Source: Lama glama
Lineage: Eukaryota
Direction: 5' to 3'
DNA length: 64,000 nucleotides
Assembly (NCBI GenBank): GCA_028534125.1
Contig: CM052818.1
Location: 16,122,001-16,186,000, forward strand
Shown here: positions 1-12,983 of the stretch, piece by piece
Layout of the letters: the number at the start of each line of letters is the position of its first letter
How positions within the stretch are numbered: position 1 is the first letter of the stretch
Program-made: the position numbers and the translations under genes
The notes under the pieces: generated by a model
Told to the model about the DNA's origin: nothing
Databases searched by the model: none
The model's input: only the letters and a program-made list of their open reading frames with translations

Positions 1-1045
1 GATTAAATGTATCATATATAGACTGCAGGGGGGAACTGACAGGATATTCTTCTTCACTTACAATTCCTTATTACCTTTCTCTAAAGATCAGGATCACTAT
101 TTCTGTGTTATTAAAGACATTAATCTAAAAATACCTGAAATGACCCTAACAATTGACTTGCTAGCATGATGGTTTGTTCAGCTGACTGATCATGTTAATT
201 AAATTGGCAAACTACAGAAAATACCCTCAGTTTTAATGTGATACTCTAAATATAAGAATTTGGAACTTCCAGTCAGTCTGCTGTGAGGAAAGAGGAGCCA
301 TCTTCAGAGTCAAAGGTGCTAATGTAAAACTGAATAAATTATAGAATTAAATATTCTCACCCACGGAGTTCTTTAAGATACCATTCCTAGGAAGATCTTT
401 AAATGGAGTGTAACTGTAACAATTAGTCCAAAAATTTTGGACACATTTTATTAAAATGCTTTCTACTATATTGTTTAGAGTGAGGTAAAAACAAAGGAGA
501 ACTAGAACATAACTGCAAAATAAATGAGCATTTTCCCCCTTTTGATAGTAATGGGGCGTTACACTCTCTTATACAGACTGGAACTCTACGAGCACTTCCA
601 TTCTTGCTTATTTTCAGTGTGTGTTGGTCGCAGTCTCCAGGTTTAACAGAAACAGCACCTGATGCCTTGAAGAGTTACTTGATTTGGAAAAACACGCAAG
701 GAAAATCAGGAACGAAATGAATATAAATCAGAATGACAATGTTATAATATTGGTAAAGCCAGGTAAGAATCCAGGGGAAGTAATGTAATAATAGCAAGTG
801 GAGCTGAATGTAGCATTTACAAAGGATCAAAAGAGAAGTAAAATCAGTATTTTTAAGGAGTCTTCCAATAATTCCTAGTCTGCAAAACAAATTCAAGCCT
901 CCCAAATATGGAATGTTCATACATAATCTGGCATAAGTATTTTAAAAAATCAGCATTATTTCTGACTTAGATTGAAAAACTCCAACAAGTTTTCTAGCTT
1001 CCATTCTGGTTCCAATGAATGCACACTCTACAGTTCAAAGTTCAG

Positions 1046-1077
1046 AGATCTCTTTATGTTAAGATCTCTTTATGTTA
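1046..1077 (+). repeat. Perfect 16-bp tandem duplication
   Basis: agatctctttatgtta occurs twice in tandem. Confidence 0.95.
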
Positions 1078-1094
1078 TAAAATGGCAACAAGAT

Positions 1095-2062
1095 CCATTG
1101 TCACTGTCACTTAGAGTAAATGCAAATGCCTTATCAGATGTGTATGGCCTCCTTCCAGCCTTGGCCCTCACTAACCTGGCACTTTGTTTCTATGCTCTAG
1201 CTATACTGCACTTCCTAGGATTCCTAAAATGCCTCCAGTTCTTTCCACTCTGTGAACTCTACATCCACCTTCACACCACTTTCCTTATTTCTTAACATGG
1301 CTACCTCCTATTCTCCAAGTGCCAGCTTAAATGTAGTTGTTGATGTTGTAGCCATCAAGAACTACTTAATCTTAAATAGCTTCCTCCTACGATCTGCCCT
1401 TAAGCACAGCGTTCTGTTTTTCATAATATTTAACACAGTGTACAGCCATGTATCTGTATTAATTAGGATACAAGCTAAGCTGCTAGTAAACAAACAAACA
1501 ATATGAAAAACATGACCTTAAGATTCCGTAGCTTGAATGAAGTAGAATTTGATCTCTCTCCCTCTGAAAACAGTTCAGAGGTGAATGGTCCTGTGGTCAG
1601 CTTCTGCAACCTTCAGTATGTGTTTTTTTTTTTTTTTTTAACTTTTGAGTTCAACACAGTTCAGTTTTTTTTTTTTTTAACCAATATCCAGCCATGAGGC
1701 AAGGGGAAGGAAGTTAGGTTGAGTCAAAGAATATAACAATGAAAGCTATACACACTACTTCTCCTGTCTCCTATTGGACAAAAAATAACTATATTATCAT
1801 ACCTAGTTGAGAGAGAAGCTGGGAAATGTAGTCTATGTTAGAAGTTATTTGTCCAACTGATTCAGTGGCAAGAAAGAATAAATAGCGGAGGACAAACAGT
1901 AGTCTTGAAAAGGCAAATTTTTTTAATAGTTTAATGTGTGTCTTCTCACTAGACTGTAAGGCCCACTAAGGCAGAAACATAACTCTGTTTATTTATTATT
2001 TAGCCCAGTGGCTGGCACATAGAAAGTACACAATAATTAGACCTTAATTCAATAAATAAAAT
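1095..2062 (+). mobile_element. LINE-2 3' fragment, interrupted by an MLT1 LTR
   Basis: L2-like segments 'cacttagagtaaatgcaaatgcc...ctagctatactg' before the LTR and 'cactagactgtaaggccc...ggctggcacatag...aataaataaa' after it. Approximate boundaries. Confidence 0.6.
1455..1910 (-). mobile_element. MaLR LTR (MLT1J/K-like)
   Basis: Begins 'tgtattaattaggata...gctgcta'; contains 'gaagctgggaaatgtagtc' and 'ggacaaacagtagtc', which resemble the MLT1J/K consensus. Confidence 0.65.
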
Positions 2063-2149
2063 ACATTTTGAATCATTATTCTAAGGTAGTGTAGCACATT
2101 CTTTTATTACACCCCTCACAAGAATCTGATATTAATTTATGTATCTGCT

Positions 2150-2285
2150 TATGTATGTATTTTCTGTCTTCCCAGCTGAATTGTGAGCTCTAAAAGAGTA
2201 GGCACCTTTACTCCAAAGTTATGTTCCCAGTACATAGTACACTCTGGGCATTAAATAGATGCATGTTGAATTAATAAATTAATGT
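2150..2285 (+). mobile_element. LINE-2 3' end fragment
   Basis: 'tctgtcttcccagctgaattgtgagctc...atgttgaattaataaat' resembles the L2 terminus. Confidence 0.5.
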
Positions 2286-3847
2286 AAAAATGTAGTTTGT
2301 TCCCCATTTTATAGAACTTTGACAAGGCTGAACAGCTGACAAATTCCAGAGCTCTCTCCTTTACATCAGTATTTCTTGATGTTTTTCTCATTATCACTTC
2401 ATCTGTCCAAGCACCATTTTAGACTTCTCTTCTACCCAATATCCCATGAAAGTTTAATACCACATATCCACATAAACACAGATCTGATTATGTGCTGTGG
2501 TCCTTTGGATAGCCCCAGATTATTGTAATGTTAGGAATATTTTGCCTCTCCTCCATCCCAGGAACCAACTGCTCCACCCTTGGGGATAATATGCAGCCTT
2601 GAGAATGCATGCTCTATATACCATGACATATTATTTTAGTTTATGTTAAGGATGACAAGGGATTTCATTCAGGTATATCACTGATGTGCTACATAAAACC
2701 AAACAAAATTTTGCTCAAGTAATATGTAAAACTGTAGGGTTGAAAGCCAAGTAGAAGGCTCAATAATAAATTTAATTTAGTATAACTTTCCTCTGTTTTT
2801 AATTTATATTTTATCTATGGATGTCTATTGTTACTTGAATAATTATAATTTATTTGGCACTGGACTAGCACTTCACTTAAGTTTTCTGATGGAAATCTTG
2901 TTTTGTGGAAGAAATTGTATAAAATTTTTGAGTTTAGTATACTTCAAGTTATTATGAAAAGTAAAAAGATCTATTGGGATACCTAAAAGAAGCAAAGAAA
3001 TACTGTAAAACATGCATATGGACAAAGTTATTAGCAGTTTTTAAATTAAAATTATTATTGGCTATGCACGTTATAATAATTTTATGATAAATGTATTTAT
3101 AATAGGTAATATTCAGGTCTAAAACTCCTTTATCATATATTATGATTTAATAGAGAAACTTTTCATGTCAGTGAAGTTGTGTATACCTGATCTGTATCTT
3201 ACTAAGTAATTACAAATCATGATTTTTCTCAAGTATATTTTAGAGTAGTTATTATTATTAGGACACATTACTGGGGCTAAATTTATAAACAATTTATACA
3301 CATATATAGAACCCCAAACAAAGTAGAAACTATGCTCTGCTGATGAAAAATTATGTTTTAAAACTTCAATAATTCCTTAGTTAAATTTGACAGGTTACCT
3401 CATGTGCATTTCTATAAAATTAAATATTTTTGGCTATGTTCAAGGATGAAGAGGGATAACATTCAGACACAACATTGGTGGACCACAAAGAAATCAAACA
3501 AATTTTGTCAATAGATTCAGAAAAAAATGTTAATTTGAATATCTAAACTGTAATACCCTGCTTATCCAAAAATCAGTTTTCTGGCAACCTCAATACTCTG
3601 GAACATAGAAACAAGCAAAGGTGAACTAAAAAAATAAACATTATGAACTGCTGACTAGCAATCACAAGTGTATACTTTAAACACTTTCATACGTATTCAA
3701 GTCTCCTCCCTGGCCACATTCACTGTGAGAGTATTTATCAATTTTAGCTATAGTCATTGATTTATTCTTCACTTTCATCCCAATGAATTATAAATTTCTT
3801 AGTGGTAAAAACTCTTTTCAACTTAGTATCACCTAGGAAAACAGAAA

Positions 3848-3924
3848 ATTACAGTGTAAAAAAGTTCATAGCATCATCTAAAGATTACAGTGTAAAAAAG
3901 TTCATAGCATCATCTAAAGATTAC
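3848..3924 (+). repeat. Perfect 36-bp tandem duplication
   Basis: attacagtgtaaaaaagttcatagcatcatctaaag at 3848-3883 and 3884-3919, followed by a partial 'attac'. Confidence 0.97.
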
Positions 3925-5169
3925 TATCTCAGGTAGTATGTCTGGTACAGCTTTATTAACCACTTAATACTGACCTCAGTGATTTGCATATTACTGTCCA
4001 AATTAATTTAATATACAACTATAATAAATGTGATAACCTGTTCTCCCAAGTCATACTTAATTAAAAGCAGTACACCAACAGGGCTAGTCAACAGGCCACC
4101 GACAAAAGGAAGAGGAACAGAGGTGGGAAAAAAAGTCAAAAGGAAATGCCAATGGCATGGCATAGAATAAAAAGAGAAAGGAATTAGTTATTGTAGTCAT
4201 TAAGAAAAGGTTAAATGATATTCCATATAGTATGTTTAAAAGCTGGCAAATATATAAAGCAATATAAAAATATTCTTATCCAAAAATGTGTAAAATTGAA
4301 AGGTGTTGGTTCTTAAACCAATAAGCTTCATTTATATGGAAAATTAGTTTTTAAAAACAGATTTTTCACACCTGATGCTAGATCAAAGATATTACTGTGT
4401 TATTAAGTCAATGCTTTCATTTTCATTCATTTCAACTTTTGAAGAAAGTTCACATGAAAAATTTATGGTAAATTCTTATAAGAGCAAGAATTTTATTTGC
4501 TTTGGAAGCTTCTCTGACACCAAAAATCCTTCCTTAAGTTCTTACTCTGTGCTGAAGCTGGGCTGTAATGATAAATAGTATGACACTGAATTTGCACTAG
4601 AGATTATTATAACAAGATCATAAAGAGGAGGTGTAGTTAATACTTCGAAAAATCCCACCTTCTCAATTAATTAATTGGTAGGGGACAAGTAAATGACTCC
4701 CTTAGCCAAGTAGCTGAATATGACATGAATTTATTCAGTAAAGTCCTACCAGCTTACATTCTTTGTTGTATTTCTTAAAAGAATAAAACAGAATGCAACT
4801 TTGAGATGTAGGCATAAGTATCAGAAATTCTTACGTGTCTCTAAAGCTCAACAGTTAAGATTAGTATTTATATTTTCTTTGTTCAATTACCAATTTCAGA
4901 AGGAGCCACTCAGTTTCAGCAAAACTTCAAAGTATATAATGATATTTTCATTTATCATGCTTTATTAAATATTCAACACAGTACCCTCCACTCCTCAGAG
5001 CATGACTCCTCCAAGCTTTTTCTAAAGAAAAATTTCATTTGAAGCATTACAGCATTCTTTTCTCACATGTAGGTTCTTATATAACATTTGGGGACTTCAT
5101 AGGAATAATTACCACCATAAAACCAAAAACTACCTAAAGATTAAAATCAATTTTTAAAAGTCTTGGAAA

Positions 5170-5480
5170 TAGTGAAAATAACTTAGAAATAATCTTTACT
5201 ATCATTCTTGTTTGAACAAAATGAATTTGAGGTACGAGAAGGGTAATGATTTGCTCAAGATTATCTGTCTAATAGTGGCCAGCTAACAATGACTACTTAA
5301 TATACACTCACCACAGTTAAGCCCTTTAAATGAATTGTTTATTTGATCACCTCAACAAAGTTATGAGGCAGATATCACTGCTATCTTTATTTTACAGACA
5401 CATCTTGGTGAGGATGAGAAACTTTTCTAAGTGTTCTCTAACATGAGAAATCAAGTCTTTTTCTGGAACTTTATCCTTTA
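5170..5480 (-). mobile_element. MIR SINE fragments
   Basis: Degenerate MIR-core-like 'atttgaggtacgagaagggtaatgatttgctcaag' and 'ttatgaggcagatatc...atttttacaga'. Confidence 0.5.
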
Positions 5481-6499
5481 CATCATTTTACTGCCAAAAT
5501 AATCCACTAGTTAGATAAACTTAAGATAAAATTTAAATTGTCTATTTTATACAGGATTTATATTTAATTTTAAGAACATTTGCAGACTGTAAAGCTTTGA
5601 GCTAACAAATCTGATAGAATCGGAGTCACTGAAAATAATCTGGGGCATATTTTATGGTTAGAGACATCTGAGAAACTTTCAAACCATAACATGAGTATCC
5701 ATTTATTTCCATAAACATAAAGTCAGCTAAACTATATTTCATTGGTTCTAAGATGCGTTTTTTTTTAAACTTTTTTAAACTTTATGAAATCATGATGCTC
5801 CTTACAAGTGAAGGCATCTTATAAGTGACATTGGTCAGGAGGTAGATATTACAGTTACTGTTGTATTAGATGTGCAAACATGTTTTTGCACATGAAGCAA
5901 GTGGACATCTGAAATATATTTTTAAGCTTAAAAACGAAAGACTATTTATAGTAAAATATGAATGCCAGTTATTTTCTGAAATCCTTTCTTGATACTTGGT
6001 TGTGTGATAAAGTCTCAGCATCTTAATTTGCAGCATAAAGGCAGTATGCACTTTTTGAAGAAATGTTACATCCAAAATGTATGGACAAGAGAGACTGACC
6101 CCACATGAAAACTCTTTGGATATGGTTCACTCTAAGCTAAAATAATTAAAAAAACATACCATTCTGTCTATTAAAAATTAGGAACACCTCAATAAATTTG
6201 TCATACTTATGCATACACAAATATGATATTATCATAAAAACATCAGTATATAATGTGTCAACAAGATATCCTTAAATATGTATAATAAAAATTGAAGTAA
6301 TTTGAAGTCAATATTTCATAGTTTAATTAATGGCTTTTTTCTTAATGATTAGAACAGTGGTCCATTTTATAACAGATGTTGCATTATAGATGTTAAAGTA
6401 TGTTAGTATATGACTTGATTATAATTTTGTGACTAAACTATATTAAATAAAAGAGTAGCACACATTTTAAAACATGACAGAATAATTTTAAACTTCTGG

Positions 6500-6850
6500 A
6501 CAAATACTGACATAAGTGTAGCTGGGAAAATTTTGTGAAAGAACAGATCAACATGGACAAATCTTATAAACATAATGTTGAGCAAAAATGGTAGACAAAA
6601 ATCATGCTTATTATATGATTCCAGGTAGCACACTATTAAAAAGTAGGGTCCATGTTTGATTTTGGTGGAATGAAGAATAGGACAGTATTGGAAAGGATTA
6701 TGAAGAATGTTCCAATTGCTAACAATGTTCTATATTTAACCTGATTTGGTAGGTGTGTGGGTGTTTGCTTTGTGATAATTCACTGAACTGTTCATTTATG
6801 TTTTATGCGCTTTTTGTATATGTGCTTATATGTTCCAATACAAAAGAGGG
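6500..6850 (+). mobile_element. Old L1 (L1ME-like) 3' UTR
   Basis: 'caacatggacaaatcttataaacataatgttgagc...tatgattcc' and 'tgtgataattcactgaactg' are typical of old L1M 3' ends. Confidence 0.65.
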
Positions 6851-7849
6851 AACATTTAAATATTTTAACTGGCATGGAACAGACACAAAATAGAGTCAGA
6901 ATGGCCATAAAAAAATTATCTTTGAAGCTGTACCCCATATCTCACATTAGAGATGGTGAAACAGAGATAGTAATATTTGATTTACTTAGTGTCTATAAGC
7001 AATCAGCACTCAAGTTAAGTCCTCTGACTCTAGAATGCCATGTGTAGTTAATTAAACAGGATTAACTAATGTACAATATATAGACAAAAGACAGAACACT
7101 TGGACACAAGGCAAAGAAATTAGCAAAATTTCCAAGGCAGAGATTACAACTTCACGGCCCCAAAGCTTCCCCTATATGTGAGCAATTATTGATGATAATG
7201 TTTGAAGGAGTGAGAATCACATCAGAATTTCTATATGCATGTGCCTCTCTTTCCATGAACCAAATACATTGTAAGTTTCCACAAACTAAAATATAGAATA
7301 AACATAAGCCTGAAATGTTTATGTACACAGGTTTATCTGTATATGTGCAAGAGACCACTTCACCAAAGTGGTCCTTCTCCATATTGTATAATGTTATATA
7401 ATCTCCAATATATGCAGAAAATAAGTTATAAAACATTCATATAACATTACATAATGAGTTACAGGCTCAATTTTATTAATAATTTTCTTCCAAATTCAAG
7501 TCATATCTTTCTTACTAACTGGATGATTTAAAAGTAATTGTAACTTTAAGTTATTATTGCTTTTTTACTTTTCTATCTTCTTCCTCAAGTCAATTAGTAT
7601 CTATGCTGATCTTTAGTCAGTGACCAGAAATCAATTTCCAAATATATGTATACATATACACATATATAATTGTATTTACATATGTATAATAATTATTTTA
7701 GAAATCTTTCCATGGGTAATATTTATATAAATTACATATTCATAATTAAAACAAATTGATATTTTTTAGTTCCTAAATTAAGACATCACAGAAAAGTTCT
7801 GTGGCTGTACCGTTTCACCTTAATTAAAAATCAAGATTGGTTTTAGACT

Positions 7850-9430
7850 GATTAATCTAGAAAAACTACAGCTTTCAGAAAACAATCTTCTGCCTTTGAC
7901 TTTGGCCAACAAAGGATTAACTGCTATGGAAATTGCTCCTTTGCTGCATAAAATGAGAAAACTGGAAAATGTTTTCAGATAGCAGACAACAGGCAATATG
8001 GGAAGGAAACAAATGAAAAAAAAAATCTATGATTGTCCTAGCTTCCTGCATTCTTCCTGGCTGCAGAGCATGGATGGAAAAGAAAACCTAAATAGAATTA
8101 TGCAGTCTGAGTTGAGAAGACATATATCATAGCTTAAATATATCAAGATAGGCTAGAACTTGTGGGTTAGACAGTCAGAGAGAAGACAGTATCACACAGA
8201 AGTAGTTGAGACCTTGAGTGAGTATTAGGGCTAATTTATTCTCTAGAGTAAATGCTGCTCTGAAGCTGGCTCAACAAAGTTAACAATAAAGCTTTGAAAG
8301 GACTGAATTGATACAGGATTGAAATAACTGCATGCATAAACAAGTCCAATATTCTTCAAAGTATTATAACAAAATCTAATACACAGTAATATAAATTGCA
8401 ATGTCTCACATCTAATAAAAATAACCAAACAGAAGGATCAAGAAAATATGATCCAAAACTCATGTGGGGGTTGGGAAAAGGGTAGAAATCAATCAACTAG
8501 AAGGAATACAGAAATGCGAGAAATGAAGGAATTAGCAGACAGTGTTCTTAATACAGTTATTGTAAATCTTATCAGTATACTCAGGATGTAAATGAAAATG
8601 CTATAATGCAGAAAGAGATGGGAGATTTTTAAAAAGACATAAAATTCTAGAGATAAAATGTATACTATCTGAAATGAAAAATATAACGGATGAAATTAAC
8701 AGCAAATCACATAGTAGAGAAGAGAAAAGTAACATAAGGACAGAAGAATATAAATGATTGAAAATGAACCAAGGAGAGAAAAATGAATGCAAACAAATAG
8801 AATATTAATGAAGTGTGGGACTGTATCAATCATTCTAACATGGGGTGGTGGTGGGGAATATTTGTAAAACAATGGTTGAAAATTTTCAAATTTGATAAAA
8901 GTTATAAAAGTACAGATCCAAGATGTTAAATGAATCCCAAGCAAAAGAAACATAAAATAAACCATATCAGAACAAAGCATGATCTAACTGCTGAAAACAA
9001 CTGATAAAAGAGAAAAATCTTAAAAGCAGTCAGGAAAAGGGGAGAAACATTACTTCCAGAGAAGAAAGTCAAAGCACACTTTTCCTTAGAAACTGCAAAC
9101 CAGAAAGCAAGGAAATTTCAAATTTTTAGAAGAAAAAAATAATACTGTCAATCTAGAATTCTATCACCAGTGAAAATACCTTTCAACAATAAAGGTGAAA
9201 TAAAGACTTTAAAACAAACAATCAGAAGCCGAGAGAATGCATCAATTTTATAGACTTCCACCTTCAGGAAAAGGAACAATACTAGATGGAAATTTGCATC
9301 CACCGAGACTAATGAATAATGCCAGCAGTGGTAAATTTATGTGTGAACACACAAAAGATAATTATTCTTATTTCTTTATTATCTCTAAGATATAATGGCT
9401 TGTAAAACAAAAATAGCAATAACAAACTGG
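7850..9430 (+). mobile_element. Old L1 5' region and ORF1 remnant
   Basis: A-rich sense strand. 'gagaaaaatcttaaaagcag' and 'ctagaattctatcaccagtgaaaatacctttc...ggtgaaataaagacttt' match the ORF1 C-terminal region (KILKAAR, RILYPAKLSF, GEIKTF-like), with frameshifts. Confidence 0.75.
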
Positions 9431-9829
9431 AATTTCAAAAATATTATACAACACTATGAAACTACACTCTTTCTACATACACACTGCACCTTAGTTCCAC
9501 TTAGTTTTCACATTTTTAAAAATGTTATCACCCTCAGATTGTGTCCACTTAAGCAACTGTGTTTTTGTTTCTGTACAATATAAGGCTACACATTTCAGAC
9601 AAACTTTCACCAGCTTCCATTTAGTATCCAGTAATGAAGGATAATGCAATAGTTCTCAACTCTGTGTGTGTAGGTGTATACGAGTGTATGTGAATAAATT
9701 GGGGACTCTGCTTTTTTATGAATTGAAAGCCACAGTAAACACAACATATGGACTTAACCTTAATTTTCTTTCTTCTATGAGAATATTTATCTTGGCAGGA
9801 TGGTTGTCGATAGTCTTTAAGACAGCCCT

Positions 9830-10190
9830 TCTCAGTTAAAAGGAAAACTACAACAAGTACACCATTCTCGTACAATACATGGATGAATCTTAGAAACTCC
9901 GTGCTATGTGAAAAAAAGCCAGAAACTAAAACCATAATATGTATGGTTTAGATAATATTAAATTCTGGAAAAAGGAAATCTGTAGTGACAAAAAGTTCAT
10001 CAGTGTTTGCGAGGGGCCAAGCATGATGGGAAAGGACTGACTCTAAATGACTGACTTTCTGTATGATTGGGATATCTTATATCTTGTGTGTGATAGCTGT
10101 TATACATTTGTATATATTTGATAAACCTACTGAATAAAACACTAAAAAAGGGTGAAATTTCTTATACATAAATTATACTTCAAAAAACTG
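9830..10190 (+). mobile_element. L1M 3' UTR fragment
   Basis: 'acatggatgaatcttagaaac...aaaaaagccag...aatctgtagtgaca...aaattatacttcaa'. Confidence 0.7.
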
Positions 10191-10539
10191 ACTCCCTAGC
10201 CACTCCACCTTCCAAAAAAGTAGAATTCTTTTTAGCATAATCTTCACATTTCATTTCTGTAGATAAACTGTTTAAAGATTTAGTCATAGTAAGGCATCCA
10301 CTGTGTCTTGCCTATGAGTTCTATAGAAGCTTTGGATCCACCCTTATTCATTATTCATGCTACTGAATATATCATAGGCAGATTTAATCAGTGAAAAATT
10401 TTAAGCTGCTTTTTCCTTAGCAGATCTTTTTTGTTTCTAACATCACTCAGGGTATTATTGGAATCTATGCTTTCAGTTACTGAATGTCTATGTTTGGTGA
10501 GTGCAGTGTCAACTACTACCCCAAAAACAAACAGATAGT

Positions 10540-10730
10540 TGATAGTTACTGAGCATTTCCTAGGTTCCAGTCACTGTTCAAATTTCTTTACATATATTCA
10601 TTATTTGTTGCTCATAACAATCTTGGGGGTATATTATCCTCATTTTATGCATGAGGAAATAAAGACACAAAGAAGAGAGTAACCTGTCCAAGCCCACAAA
10701 GGCAGTAAAAGGTGAAGCTGGAATAACTGT
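10540..10730 (-). mobile_element. MIR SINE
   Basis: 'actgagcatttcctaggttccag...tattatcctcattttatgcatgaggaaa...taacctgtccaag'. Confidence 0.75.
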
Positions 10731-10979
10731 CTGTCATGAGGTAAATACTGAGAAGATAAAATCGGTTAATTGTTGAGTACCATATTCCAAATGCCACTAT
10801 GTTTACTCTCTGTATGGATTTTACCAGAAACCCTAAACAACATGTATTTCTATAGTCAGCACCTTTAATCTCATAAAACTATAAAAATTTAACTTTTCTT
10901 TTGTATTTTGATCTGATTTATCAGTCAACCCATGAAAATCAAGTTGCATACCATATCCTCAATTAAGAATGCACTCTTC

Positions 10980-12703
10980 TTAATCAATATGTTAAAATGA
11001 CCATGATACACAAGACAATCTACAGATTCAGTGCAATGCCTATCAAAGTGCTAATGATATTTTTTGCAGAACTGGAATAAAAAATTCAGAATTTGTACGA
11101 AAACACAAAAGATCCCAAATAATCAACAATCTTGAAGAAGAAGAATGGAGCTGGAGGAATTACTTTCCCTGACTTTGATCTATACTACAAAGCTACAAAA
11201 TAATCAAAACTGTATGGCACTGGCACAAAAACAGACACTAGATCAATGGAACAGGATAGAAAGCCCAGAAATAAACCCACACACTTATGGTCAATTAATC
11301 TATGACAAAGGAGGAAAAACTATACAATGGAGAAAATAACTGGTGCTAGGGACACTGGAAAGTTATATGTAAAAGAAAGAAATTAGAACATTCTCTACAC
11401 AATATACAAAAATAAACTCAAAAATGGATTAAAGAACTAAATGTAAGACCAGATACAATAAAACTCCTAGAAGAAAACATAGGCAGAGCACTCTTTGACA
11501 TAAATGGCAGAAATATTTTGGGGGTGTTTCTCTCCTGGATCAATGGAAACAAAACCAAAAATAAACAAATGAAACCTAATCAAACTTTTAAGCTTTTGCA
11601 CAGCAAAGGAAACCATAAACAAAATGAAAATACAGCCTATGGAATGGGAGAAAATATTTGCAAATGACGTGACTGACAAGGGATTAATTTCCAAAATATA
11701 CAAATAATTCATATAATTCAACATCAAAAAACAAAACAAAACAAAACAAACAAAAAACCCCACAAACAACCCAATCAAAAAATAGGCAGAAAATCTAAAT
11801 AGACATTTCTCCAAAGAAGATATCCAGATAGTCAACAGGTACATGAAAAGATGCTCAACATTGCTAATTATTAGAGAAATGAACATCAAAATTACAATGA
11901 GGTATAACCTCACAATAGTCAGAATGGCCATCATCAAAAAGTCTATAAATAATAAATGCTGAAGAGGGTGTGGAGAAAAAGGAACCCTCCTACACTGTTG
12001 GTGGGAATGTAGACAGGTGTAGCCAGTGTGGAGAATGGTATCAAGGTTCCTTCAAAAGCTAAAAATAGAGTTAGCATATGATCTAGCAATCTCACTCTAA
12101 GACATATATCTGGAAAAGACGAAATTCCAAAAGATACACACACTTCAATGTTCAAAGCAGCACTCTGTACAACAGCCAAGACATGGAAGCACATAAATGT
12201 TCACCAACAAAGGAATGGATAAAGAAGATTTGGTATATATACAATGGAATATTAATCAGCCATAGGAAAAAAATGAAATGATGCTATTTGTAGCAACATA
12301 GATGGACCTAGAGATTATCATATTAAATAAAGTGTCTGATAGAGAAAGACAAATGTCATAAGATATCACTTATATGTGGAATCTAAAAAAAAAATGAGAC
12401 AAATAAACTTACTTACAAAACAAAAATAGACTCACAGACATAGAAAACAAACCTGGTTACCAAAGAGGAAAGGAGTGAGGGAAATAAATTAGGACTTCAC
12501 GATTAACAGATACATACTACCATATCTAAAACAAATAAACAGCACAGACCTACTGTATAACACAGGGAACTATACTCAATATTTTATAATTACCTATAAT
12601 GGAAAATAATCTGAAAAAGAATATATAACTGAATCACTTTTCTGTACAAATGAAACATTGTCAATCAACTATGCTTCAATTAAAAAAGATGAAACTCAAG
12701 AAA
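10980..12703 (+). mobile_element. 5'-truncated, relatively young LINE-1 (ORF2 C-terminal part, 3' UTR, A-rich tail)
   Basis: Translates to [42 protein letters not shown] (ORF 11145-11339) and the Cys-rich [17 protein letters not shown] (~11957-12010). Flanked by a 15-bp target-site duplication (10965-10979 and 12704-12718). Stops and frameshifts present. Confidence 0.95.
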
Positions 12704-12718
12704 AAGAATATACTCTTC

Positions 12719-12983
12719 ATGATGACTATAGTCAATGATGCTGTAAGATTTTATACATAAGTTAAGGAAGTAAATCCTAAGAGTTCTCATTACAAAGAAA
12801 ACACTTCTTTTGTTGGCTTTTTCTTTGTATTATATCTATATGAGATAACAGATGCTAAACTTTCTGTGATAATCATTTCACACTGTATGTAAGTCAAACT
12901 TCTATGCTGTACACCTTAAACTTATATAGTGATGCATGTCAAGAATATCCTCAATAAAACTGGAAAAACATATTATGATGGTA
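12719..12983 (+). mobile_element. Short older L1 3' end (L1MA/L1_Art-like)
   Basis: 'gtaaatcctaagagttctcat...aatcatttcac...ctgtacaccttaaactta...tcaataaaactggaaaaa', followed by a third copy of the target site at 12984-12998. Confidence 0.8.

Noticed and set aside
426..442. Short palindrome gtccaaaa-a-ttttggac (similar 9-bp arms at 5870-5893)
   Set aside because: Arms of 8-9 bp are expected by chance in AT-rich DNA of this length.
3848..3924. CRISPR-like 36-bp repeats
   Set aside because: No spacers, only two adjacent copies, mammalian context and no cas genes.
11467..11937. Longest ORF (156 aa, hydrophobic, minus strand) as a membrane protein
   Set aside because: It is the antisense frame of A-rich L1 ORF2; the F/L/I richness follows from T-rich codons.
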